Origin: Calditrichia bacterium
GTDB lineage: Bacteria > Calditrichota > Calditrichia > JAJRVZ01
Direction of reading: 5' to 3'
DNA: 64,000 nt
Assembly: GCA_963796965.1 (NCBI GenBank)
Contig: CAWCNS010000005.1
Location: 608,001 to 672,000, forward strand
Below, one piece after another: positions 32,957 through 41,645 of the stretch; the stretch's first letter is position 1; every line of letters begins with the position of its first letter. The notes under the pieces are model-generated. The model made no database searches and was not told where the DNA came from. It worked only from the letters and a program-made list of their open reading frames with translations. The translations under genes and the position numbers were made by a program.

Positions 32957-33174
32957 AACCACAGCGTCTCACAGAGGAACGCAGAGGAACACAGAACTAT
33001 ATAAATGAGAATTAGGATATTCAATCAAATTGATTATTTCAAAAATCTGCAAAATACTCTGTGTAACTCTGTGGTTAAAAATCTATATTGCTACAAATAT
33101 CAAACCCCTAAATTATGGGAATAAATTCTTAAATAATTAGTGCAATTAGTCAAAATTCGTGAAATTCGTGGATA
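32957..33174. repeat. CACAGAG inverted arrays plus ATTCGTGAAATTCGTGGA array
   Basis: AACCACAGCG..CACAGAGGAACGCAGAGGAACACAGA ... CTCTGTGTAACTCTGTGGTT; nonamer array at 33136-33174. Confidence 0.7.
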
Positions 33175-33179
33175 TTTTT

Positions 33180-35114
33180 TCACCGTTTATTAAAACGGCG
33201 GTTCATTTTGTGTTCGCCATTTATATAAATCTCCATCACATACCGGCCTTTTTCCAGATGTCTTACATCCATACCTGTTTTAGAATCTTTAAGATTGGTG
33301 TATTCATGTTGCTCAATGTATTCACCATCTTTGGTGATTCGGACCTTGAGCGTTGACATCTTATTGGTGGTTGTATAAATGGTAAGATAATCGCTCACCA
33401 TTCTTGGGAAAATATTTACGGAAAGTTGTACCACCGTTGTATCAACCACAGCGTCATCATCGCACCGAAAACTATAAAATTGCTCACTTCCACAATCACT
33501 TTCAAAAAGATGGATGATGTTTCCCTCTACGTCTTTTAGGCGCAATCGTCCATAGCCGGATTTCGGCTGGAACCAAAACTCAAGTCCATCACCGGCTGTA
33601 TCAGTCAACATGATGAAATAGTTTCCTTCATCAAGTGTGAGGGTGTCTGAATAATTTGTTGCCGGATCCAACATTTCGGGTGATTTCATATATACCGTAT
33701 CATTGGCACTATTCACTAAATAGAGAGAATTTTGCTCTGGTTGGTTATTGGTTAAAAAGTCAACAACAATTTTCGAAGGTATGGTAGGAATATCATAAAA
33801 TTGTGATTCCATTCTATTATCAGCACTCCATTCATCTTCTTCTCCGTTTGGTTCAGACAAAGTCACTGAGAATGTATTTAATCCAGAACTTGCCAGGACC
33901 TCTCCCGGGAGTGTAATAATGGCCTCCTCATAAAACACCAGGTAACCTTCCCAATCAAAGCTGTTCTCTTCAAAGCCTACGGTTTTATACGTTATGGTTA
34001 AAGATTTCAGAGGTTCTTTTCCCAAATTCCTGATTTTAATTACCGGGTTAAATCCAGTGGGATTAAAGCGGTTAAAATTATCCACTTTATTCGGAGCAAT
34101 AATTTCTTCGATTGCAACATCGTTCAGGTGAACAGGTTCCGAATATTGAAAAAAGTAAGCTGTAATCACTTCTCTTGGCTGATTGATATTATTTGCCGTA
34201 AAAGGTTCCATTCGAAGATCAATGCTATGTTTTGGTTTGGTGAGCGGAATATCAATAATATCCGGGACTTGCAAATCCCCGGGACACCAATAACCCCGAT
34301 CAAAAATCCATGTACCACCCTGGGGGTAAAGGGGATTATCGCCGCATTCCTTCCATATATCACGTTGATCAATAACCTGATCATCAAAAATCACTTCACG
34401 CCATCTGCTGCAAAACTCGCTGCAACCATTGGGGCGATCCATGCCATGTCCGGTATGCTGAATACGCAACCGCCCAAAAGAGCTACCCTCTGCTTTATCG
34501 ATCTCTTTTTCTGCCAAACTAATTTCGATGTCATTTTCAGGGTTTCCATATTGAAAACTACCCTCCCATAATTTTTCAAATGATAAGAATTTGGCAACGG
34601 GTGGGCCAATTTCAATTTGAAAATCGATGGTCAGATCCCAGCCCAATTCCGGAGACTCATATCCAGAATGCATGTATTCTATTTCCACACTGTCGCGCAA
34701 AAAGGGCTGAAAATCAGTAACATCAACTTTCCATGTAAAACGCCAGCCTTCTTTAAAGTTACTGCCATATGGCGTCAACATTCTTCCAATCTCTAAATCC
34801 AAATTTTTTCCATCAACACCTCCTTTACGAAGGATTTTTATACGGTCCATATAATCCCAATGGGCAATTGCCCTGTCTTCGGGATGTGCTAATGTAACAT
34901 TCATGGTGATACGCCTGATTTCCGAATTTTCAGCCGGGAAAACACCCCATTCTTTAAAACTTTTCTCACCCTTCTTCGGATTGGTAAAAATAGTTACTTT
35001 ATCATGGGTAATAATTCTGGCATTGGATGCTTGCGATATAGCAGTATTAATCAGGAGGAAGAAAATGATAAAAACCGTTAAATATTTAATATGTTTTTTT
35101 GTGTTCGTATTCAC
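33180..35114 (-). CDS. Peptide-N-glycosidase F-related protein with C-terminal sorting-like domain
   Basis: WDY, EIGRMLTPYG, DVTDF, TGHG, CSEFC, QGGTW..DRGYWCPG; T9SS-CTD-like tail; AGAGGA RBS before GTG. Confidence 0.75.
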   Translation of the reverse strand: MNTNTKKHIKYLTVFIIFFLLINTAISQASNARIITHDKVTIFTNPKKGEKSFKEWGVFPAENSEIRRITMNVTLAHPEDRAIAHWDYMDRIKILRKGGVDGKNLDLEIGRMLTPYGSNFKEGWRFTWKVDVTDFQPFLRDSVEIEYMHSGYESPELGWDLTIDFQIEIGPPVAKFLSFEKLWEGSFQYGNPENDIEISLAEKEIDKAEGSSFGRLRIQHTGHGMDRPNGCSEFCSRWREVIFDDQVIDQRDIWKECGDNPLYPQGGTWIFDRGYWCPGDLQVPDIIDIPLTKPKHSIDLRMEPFTANNINQPREVITAYFFQYSEPVHLNDVAIEEIIAPNKVDNFNRFNPTGFNPVIKIRNLGKEPLKSLTITYKTVGFEENSFDWEGYLVFYEEAIITLPGEVLASSGLNTFSVTLSEPNGEEDEWSADNRMESQFYDIPTIPSKIVVDFLTNNQPEQNSLYLVNSANDTVYMKSPEMLDPATNYSDTLTLDEGNYFIMLTDTAGDGLEFWFQPKSGYGRLRLKDVEGNIIHLFESDCGSEQFYSFRCDDDAVVDTTVVQLSVNIFPRMVSDYLTIYTTTNKMSTLKVRITKDGEYIEQHEYTNLKDSKTGMDVRHLEKGRYVMEIYINGEHKMNRRFNKR

Positions 35115-35265
35115 GTTTGATCCTCTACGATAATTATTTAAATTCTATTTGATCCATCTGACAACTATTTCATCCACAAAACAACCAGGTTTCAGCTAGC
35201 ACGGATTTTGTGTTACCTGGGGAATAAACTACATTTTATTCATCTATCGAGAGATATCCTTTACT

Positions 35266-36501
35266 TCATTTTTTTATAATTAAAGGAATTTGGACATTAA
35301 AAGTAGAACCATCTTTTTTCCCACCAACACTCTCAACCGAACACGCACAATATAGCACCGTAGGATAACCTTCTTTGTTGATCAGTAATTGCGGGCGTTC
35401 AAGATTATTAACCTTGAGATGTTTGCCATTAGGAAACAATAATTCTTTTTTCATAAAGAGTGAATTTTCAGGCTGCTGCCAGTCTATACCGTTTGATGAG
35501 ACAAGCATCGCCAATCCTGGTTGAGCACCTGTAATCCTACCACTAAAATCCTTAAACGTCGCATAAAAGCGATTATGTTCTTTATGATACCAGACATAGG
35601 GATCCTCAGCACTTGCGATCTTGCCATCGTCTGTCCTGATATCAAATATAAATTCATCCATCGCAGAAAATGGCCCCAGGGGAGAATCACCAATGGCAAC
35701 ACCGTGAACACCGCGCCAATGCGGATCCCACAAATTACCTTTAAAATAGAGTAAATATTTCCCATCACCCGGACGGTATACCACCGAAGGATTTACTACA
35801 ATTAAATTATCGGGTTTGGGAGTTGTACCGGGAGGTGAGGGATTTACAACATTATCTACTTTAACTCTGGTTCGTGGAATCAATAACGGTTTGTCTGGGC
35901 GGTCAAAATTTCCATTTAACAAATCATCAAATGAGTCAAACTGTATAACCCCTAGTTTTTGATTCTGCTGAATGCGGTTACGTTTGCTTAAATTTTCTGC
36001 CGGCGAACCTTTTGACGGTATGCCCGGGTCGCTCGCCCCGGTGAAATAGAGATAGTACTTTCCATCAAATTCTTTGAGATGGGGATTATGCACGGACTGT
36101 GCATCCCAGGCAGTTGAATCTCCATCAAACAACCTGCCACGTAAAATTATTTTTTGAAATTTAAAATCTTTATCAGGATAATCTGAAACAGCATAGGCGA
36201 TTTTAGAACTAAGAAGCCAACCATCCTGAAAGGGGTCCAATTTCTCTCCGGATTCCCACAAGGAAAAAAGCATATGATATTTGCTATCATTGCCTTTAAT
36301 AACACTTCCCCCCCAAACAAAAAAATCATCCAACTGCAGGGTATTTGGGCTCTTAACAACCATTCTTCCCTCTTGTTGTGAATATTCCCCTTCTAATTCG
36401 TCCGCAGAAATGGAAATTGGGGTATTTATTTTTTCGGATCCCTGGTTACAAGCAATAAAACCAACGATCAGGAGAATCAATGTGTAAACACAACTTTTCA
36501 T
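35266..36501 (-). CDS. Five-bladed beta-propeller glycoside hydrolase (GH43-like), lipoprotein
   Basis: WGGSVIK, HNPH, YYLYF, NPSV, AEDPYVW, LERPQL. Confidence 0.65.
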   Translation of the reverse strand: MKSCVYTLILLIVGFIACNQGSEKINTPISISADELEGEYSQQEGRMVVKSPNTLQLDDFFVWGGSVIKGNDSKYHMLFSLWESGEKLDPFQDGWLLSSKIAYAVSDYPDKDFKFQKIILRGRLFDGDSTAWDAQSVHNPHLKEFDGKYYLYFTGASDPGIPSKGSPAENLSKRNRIQQNQKLGVIQFDSFDDLLNGNFDRPDKPLLIPRTRVKVDNVVNPSPPGTTPKPDNLIVVNPSVVYRPGDGKYLLYFKGNLWDPHWRGVHGVAIGDSPLGPFSAMDEFIFDIRTDDGKIASAEDPYVWYHKEHNRFYATFKDFSGRITGAQPGLAMLVSSNGIDWQQPENSLFMKKELLFPNGKHLKVNNLERPQLLINKEGYPTVLYCACSVESVGGKKDGSTFNVQIPLIIKK

Positions 36502-36511
36502 TCCATCACCA

Positions 36512-38236
36512 TTATTTATAAACACCAATTAATGTACCGGATACATTCCAGGCACTAAAACTCCCACCTTCTTTCTCTCCAATCGGGATGGCTATCTTAA
36601 AGGTATGAGGACCGGGGGAAAGATCGTTTAAAATGATATCTTCGGGGACTGTCAGCGTACCGGGACACCAGTTAGAACGGCTGAGATCTGAAGAAGATAA
36701 CCCATTACCAAAATTTCCCGAGGCCGGATTTAGAAGCCGATAAGTTGCGCAGTCGGTTCGCCAGGGTATAAAGGCATAAACACGTTCACCATCGACAAAG
36801 ATCTCATTTAATTTGGGATTAAATTCATCACCACCTCCCCAGCCACCGTGGCCGGTGCTGGTGTAGCGCAAGGTTAATGTTTCGAGACCCTCAGGGATAG
36901 TAACCGTAACTGTTAGAGAATCTTCATGAAACATGGTACCATAGTTCTGACCGGACATTTCCATAATATTCATGGTATTAAAAAGTGATTTTATCCAGGT
37001 CTTCTTTCCTTCACCCTGGCCAAAAGAAGGGTAAAATTTTAAATTCAGATCTACATAATGTCCCCCCTTTGCATAATTACCAATAAAGGTTCCAATCCAT
37101 ATATCTTTAGTGCCAGATGGCAACAATTCGGTAATATCTTGTCTGTACATGGCCGATTCTGCCCAGTCATATCCCTTTATCTTTACCTTTTCATTAAAAT
37201 GACCGACGCCAAAGGGCGTAAAAAACCGCATCAACTCAAGAGGAGGTTCATAATCATCAGCCAATGCAATACCCTGAAATCCCTTGCCGTGTTTATCCCT
37301 GTAAACCGGCACAGAATCGATCCCATTCCTGAAGGCATCCAGAAAAGACTTTTTTTCCTGCACTGGAATAATGAACAGGCTTCCCGAACGGTCATAGGCG
37401 TCCCCATTTGACCGGGTTTCAAGTTCGGCAAAAACACGCATCCCGGATTTGATCTCTGGTAAGGATACTTTTTTCAAAGCTACTGTGCCTTTTGAATATC
37501 TATAAGTAACATCTAACTTATCAGAATCCGGATTCACAATCTCATCACCAAAATTAAGGTGTACCTTTTCAAAGACGCTTATAGTCTGATATCTACTGTC
37601 AATCACCTGGCGTAAATAGGTTTCGGCATCTACCATTTGTCCATCGTTAATATTAAAATTCAATTCTTCATCTTTAACCGCCCTGAATTCAATATTACTG
37701 GCAAACACTTCATAGTCCTTGTTCCGCACCATTTTCAAGATGAGTCCTAAGCCAGGCGTAACGCTTATTCTTGGGGTACCCTTAAGTGTCAGATCATTGG
37801 TATACCAAACTTCGATCGTATTTGATTTAATCTTTACAACTGCTTTTTTACATGTATAGCCCAGAATATCCTCAGTTTCATCCAGCAAATCTACCTTATC
37901 ATATTCTGAGAATGATTTTTCAACAATAAACTTACTATCATCGGTGGTCAAAACCTGATAGGTAAGATTTTTAGTAAAATCAAGAAATTCTCTTTCACGC
38001 TGGCTGCCCCTTCTCTGGCGGCTAGATTCATAAGCAACAATGCCATTCTTATAAAGCATTTTAAGAGAAGCATTTTCCCTGACCTTGCCATTGTTTCTGT
38101 AGGAATAGGTAACCACTCCCTGATCTTGTATTTCTTGCCCAAAAGACTCTGAAGTAAAGAGAATTGAAGAGATAAAACCCACTAAAATCACTACGTATTT
38201 ACATTTGTCTACAGAGAATGCTTTAATGGTCGTCAT
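36512..38236 (-). CDS. PNGase F-II-like peptide-N-glycosidase (GLPGLI-like N-terminal domain + PNGase F)
   Basis: ILGYTCKKA..WYT..PGLGLIL N-domain; SNGDAYDR, ELMRFFTPFG, TGHGGWGGGDEF, SRSNWCPG. Confidence 0.85.
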   Translation of the reverse strand: MTTIKAFSVDKCKYVVILVGFISSILFTSESFGQEIQDQGVVTYSYRNNGKVRENASLKMLYKNGIVAYESSRQRRGSQREREFLDFTKNLTYQVLTTDDSKFIVEKSFSEYDKVDLLDETEDILGYTCKKAVVKIKSNTIEVWYTNDLTLKGTPRISVTPGLGLILKMVRNKDYEVFASNIEFRAVKDEELNFNINDGQMVDAETYLRQVIDSRYQTISVFEKVHLNFGDEIVNPDSDKLDVTYRYSKGTVALKKVSLPEIKSGMRVFAELETRSNGDAYDRSGSLFIIPVQEKKSFLDAFRNGIDSVPVYRDKHGKGFQGIALADDYEPPLELMRFFTPFGVGHFNEKVKIKGYDWAESAMYRQDITELLPSGTKDIWIGTFIGNYAKGGHYVDLNLKFYPSFGQGEGKKTWIKSLFNTMNIMEMSGQNYGTMFHEDSLTVTVTIPEGLETLTLRYTSTGHGGWGGGDEFNPKLNEIFVDGERVYAFIPWRTDCATYRLLNPASGNFGNGLSSSDLSRSNWCPGTLTVPEDIILNDLSPGPHTFKIAIPIGEKEGGSFSAWNVSGTLIGVYK

Positions 38237-38297
38237 CGTATTCCTTTTTATATATTATTAAAATTATTGGGACAGGATCTATATAAGAGATATAAAT

Positions 38298-38385
38298 AGA
38301 TGCCGAAATAAATTCGGCATGACAATTCGTCCTGCATCGCTTATATTTATTTTATTTCTGCGCCTCTGCTCCTCTGCGAGAGAAA
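38298..38385. repeat. AGATGCCGAA..TTCGGCATGAC hairpin plus octamer arm
   Basis: AGATGCCGAAATAAATTCGGCATGAC (nearly identical to the copy at 31203) and TCTGCGCCTCTGCTCCTCTGCGAGAGAAA. Confidence 0.75.
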
Positions 38386-38406
38386 TAAAATAAATCCAGG
38401 CTTAAA

Positions 38407-39521
38407 CTAATATTCACATTCTCGTCCTGCTTCAGCATACCACTCCAACTTTTCAACCGGTGTTTCGAAGAAGTGATCTGACAAGGAACAAATGTATCCC
38501 CCGTTTTTCCCAACCGTTTCAAAGAGGTGGTGGACGGTGGATCTGATTAATTCCTGATCGCCATCGGTGAGTACATTATATTGATCAACACCGCCGATCA
38601 AAGCAATACGGTTATTGATCTTGTCAGCAAACTCCCAGGGCTCCTGATTTCCTCCCACAGAAGGCGGTGCCAGAGTTTCCGAAGCATCACAACCATTTTC
38701 TATGATCATTTCTTCAATTCCCAGGGTGCCGCCACAAGTATGATAGGTAATTTTAAAATCCAGATCATGCAAAGCATCATGCATTTTCTTATCATAGGGT
38801 AGACAAAACGCCTTATGTAGTTCTGGTGAAACTAAGGTTGAAGATGAGGAGCCTCCCCCGTTTCGACCAGATCGAATTTTGCACCTTTCATAGAGTCTAT
38901 AAACTGAAACTTTTTCTCCAGGAGGATCTGTAACAATTCATGCACCCAATCAGGTTTCTCGAAAGTGGCCAGAATTAAATCAGTAATATCGTACAAACAA
39001 GCGGCATGCTGCCAGCAGCCGGCCTGATCACCCCAGACAAAGCCACGTACAATACCATCATCCCCAACTTGATCATATCTTTTACTGAGTGGTTCCAAGT
39101 TTAATTTTGGTACGGGCATATACTTTTTTAATAGCTGGATATCCTCATCCTTTTTTATCAGGTAATCCGTTATCCAGGTGGTTTTCCTGTCACCGGCTGT
39201 ATTATAAGTTAGGATACCTTCTGGAGTTTCAATGGTATGGTGAACTTCACGGTTGTCAGGATTATTACTAATAATTTTAGCATTGTCGCGCCAATTTTCC
39301 GTTCGAAATTTTTCAAAATCAGCATTGGCAACCCAAAACTGGGCCATTTCTTCAAAGTATTGGATCTGGGCATCTAACCCTACTTTCTTACATGCTTCCA
39401 GATCACTCATTCCACCCATATATTTTTCAAGATGATAGCCTTGCCATTGATGAAGAGAAACAGGTAACCGATCTGCTTTCTCCCCATTTATAGCACACAA
39501 TAATCGTTCTTTTGATGTCAT
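38407..39521 (-). CDS. UroD/MtaA-like protein, paralog 5 (frameshift in a G run near 38855)
   Basis: MTSKERLLCAINGEKADRLP, IETPEG, YHTCGG, SETLAPP, GGVDQ, GGYICSLSDH. Confidence 0.85.
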
Positions 39522-39564
39522 TTTTTTCCCTAAAATAAAATTATAGACCCTTCTTAGTTAAATA

Positions 39565-39707
39565 TCTCACGCAGCGACGCAACGCCGCAGAGAAAATCAA
39601 TGAAATAATATACAATTTCTTAGATTCTTATACTCAAGTGGGTCATATTATATTTTGTACTTTATATTATATATTTATTCGTTGCGGCGTTGCGTCGCTG
39701 CGTGAGA
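39565..39707. mobile_element. MITE-like element with a perfect 25-bp terminal inverted repeat
   Basis: TCTCACGCAGCGACGCAACGCCGCA at 39565-39589 and its exact reverse complement at 39683-39707, around a 93-nt AT-rich core; mobility is inferred only. Confidence 0.6.
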
Positions 39708-39728
39708 CAGACAAAAAGACAATCACAC

Positions 39729-41324
39729 TTAACCAAAAACGATATACAATCCCACCATGACGATAGATAATAGAGCAGCCAAAATTTTATAATTACCGAT
39801 GCCGCTCCAACCCTTCGTCTGCAAGGCCTCCAAAGGACTTTTCCAAACAAGCTTCTCACTTACAGAATTATGTTGATGTGGGTATAGATATGAGACAACA
39901 ACCAAAATAACCGAGCAGAGGACAAAGAGATAAAAAGTTACCATCATCGGTGGAACATTCCACCCGGTTGATTCCTTATACCAATCCAGCAGAAAGACAA
40001 CAAAACCTAACACAGAACCACTCATTAAAGTCATAATCGATGCCTTTGCTGATGCTTTATACCAGAACACCCCCCAAACAAATACAGCGGTGACCGGTGG
40101 CGCAATATAGCAAATAATCGCCACAACCCCCTGAAAGATACTCTCGAAATGTGAAATCAGAGGGGACCATACGATGGCCAATATCATAGCTATAAAAGTG
40201 ACGATTCGGCCGATTACAACCAGTTTATGGTCAGGTGTTTCTGGTCTCCAGCGCAGATAGAGATCATAACTGAACAAGGTGGCAATTGAATTTAAGGCGC
40301 CCGATACGGTACTCATCAAAGCCGCCAGAAGTGCTGCTGCCATGACACCGGTCAGACCAGCAGGAAGCAAATGGACAATCATAAACGCATAAGCGTCTTT
40401 GGAATCCTGCAAAGCAGTCAATTGCCCCTGGTTCACAAGGGCAAGACAGATGGTCCCGGGGAGCACAAAAATAAAAACAGGTAAGATTTTTATAAAACCG
40501 GCAAATAAGGGTCCTATGCGGGCATGGTTCTCATCTTTTGCCCCCAAGACCCTTTGAACAATGGTTTGATCGGCACACCAATACCATAACCCAATAATCG
40601 GATAACCCAAAAATATTGAATACCAGGATAATCCTGATGGATCATCTGCAGAGCGTAATACAGTTAATTTCACAGGATCAACGGCAGCTTTTATGCCTTC
40701 CCAACCACCGACCTGCATAAATCCAACAACTGTTATAATGACTGCTCCAATGATGAGAATGATAGTTTGAATTGATTCTGTTATGACAACAGCTTTAAGA
40801 CCGCCAATAATTGTATAAATTCCGGTTAAAACCGCAGCAACGACAATACTGGTCATGATAGGAATTCCAAATAGACCCTCGAGTACGACTGCTCCAGTAT
40901 AAAGAGTAAATCCGATATGTATAAATATGGCTGAGATGATAGAAAGTCCGGCCAGCCAATCACGGCTGCTTCGGCTGTAGCGTTGTTCTAAAAAATCCGG
41001 CAAGGTTGCCACGCGGGAACGATAATAAAATGGAGCAAAAAACAATGAAAGTGCAATCAATGTGAAGGCTGCCATCCATTCAAAATTTCCATAGGCGAGG
41101 CCATTTTGATAGCCTTCTTGAGCAAGACTCACCAGGTGTGTGGTTGAAATATTTGTTGAGAAGAGAGCGAGGCCAATCAAAGGCCAGGTTAATGAACCAC
41201 CAGCTAAAAAATAATTCTTACCCTCAGTGCCTTTTCGATTTCGTAATCCAGCCCAGGACCCTATCAAAACGATAGCAACCAGATAAATCACAATGACAGC
41301 AATATCTAACGATTCAATTTGCAT
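39729..41324 (-). CDS. Sodium:solute symporter (SGLT-like sugar transporter)
   Basis: YFLAGG, STNIS, GGLKAV, WYWCADQTIVQRVL, LLAALMS; many transmembrane segments. Confidence 0.9.
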   Translation of the reverse strand: MQIESLDIAVIVIYLVAIVLIGSWAGLRNRKGTEGKNYFLAGGSLTWPLIGLALFSTNISTTHLVSLAQEGYQNGLAYGNFEWMAAFTLIALSLFFAPFYYRSRVATLPDFLEQRYSRSSRDWLAGLSIISAIFIHIGFTLYTGAVVLEGLFGIPIMTSIVVAAVLTGIYTIIGGLKAVVITESIQTIILIIGAVIITVVGFMQVGGWEGIKAAVDPVKLTVLRSADDPSGLSWYSIFLGYPIIGLWYWCADQTIVQRVLGAKDENHARIGPLFAGFIKILPVFIFVLPGTICLALVNQGQLTALQDSKDAYAFMIVHLLPAGLTGVMAAALLAALMSTVSGALNSIATLFSYDLYLRWRPETPDHKLVVIGRIVTFIAMILAIVWSPLISHFESIFQGVVAIICYIAPPVTAVFVWGVFWYKASAKASIMTLMSGSVLGFVVFLLDWYKESTGWNVPPMMVTFYLFVLCSVILVVVSYLYPHQHNSVSEKLVWKSPLEALQTKGWSGIGNYKILAALLSIVMVGLYIVFG

Positions 41325-41570
41325 GGGTAATCCAAAAGTTTAATGTGCCATCAACGTCCGGTGCTTCTAAATAATTATCATTATTGCAAAGGTTAGTTTC
41401 TTTTGCAGAAATACTTTCTCAATATACATATTTTTCCCCTTTTTATAAACAGGTATTTAAGTCTTTATGTAGAAAGTTTTACTTATACATTACTGCGAGT
41501 ACCATTTTACCATAATCATAAACTATAAACCATTACGCACTTTAGTTCCGATATAGATGTCGCACAAACT

Positions 41571-41627
41571 GTAACGGCGCGATTTAGAGGCTGTGTTTCT
41601 ACACAGCCTCTATAATCGCGCCGTTAC
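41571..41627. repeat. Long hairpin downstream of GH95 (REP-like, possible terminator or stabiliser)
   Basis: GTAACGGCGCGATT-TAGAGGCTGTGT-ttct-ACACAGCCTCTA-t-AATCGCGCCGTTAC; no strong U-tract. Confidence 0.75.
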
Positions 41628-41645
41628 CGACACCACCCTCAATGA

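Noticed and set aside
1834..39521. UroD-like genes as hemE in heme biosynthesis
   Set aside because: They lack the RQAGR motif of HemE, there are five divergent copies, and no hem genes are nearby
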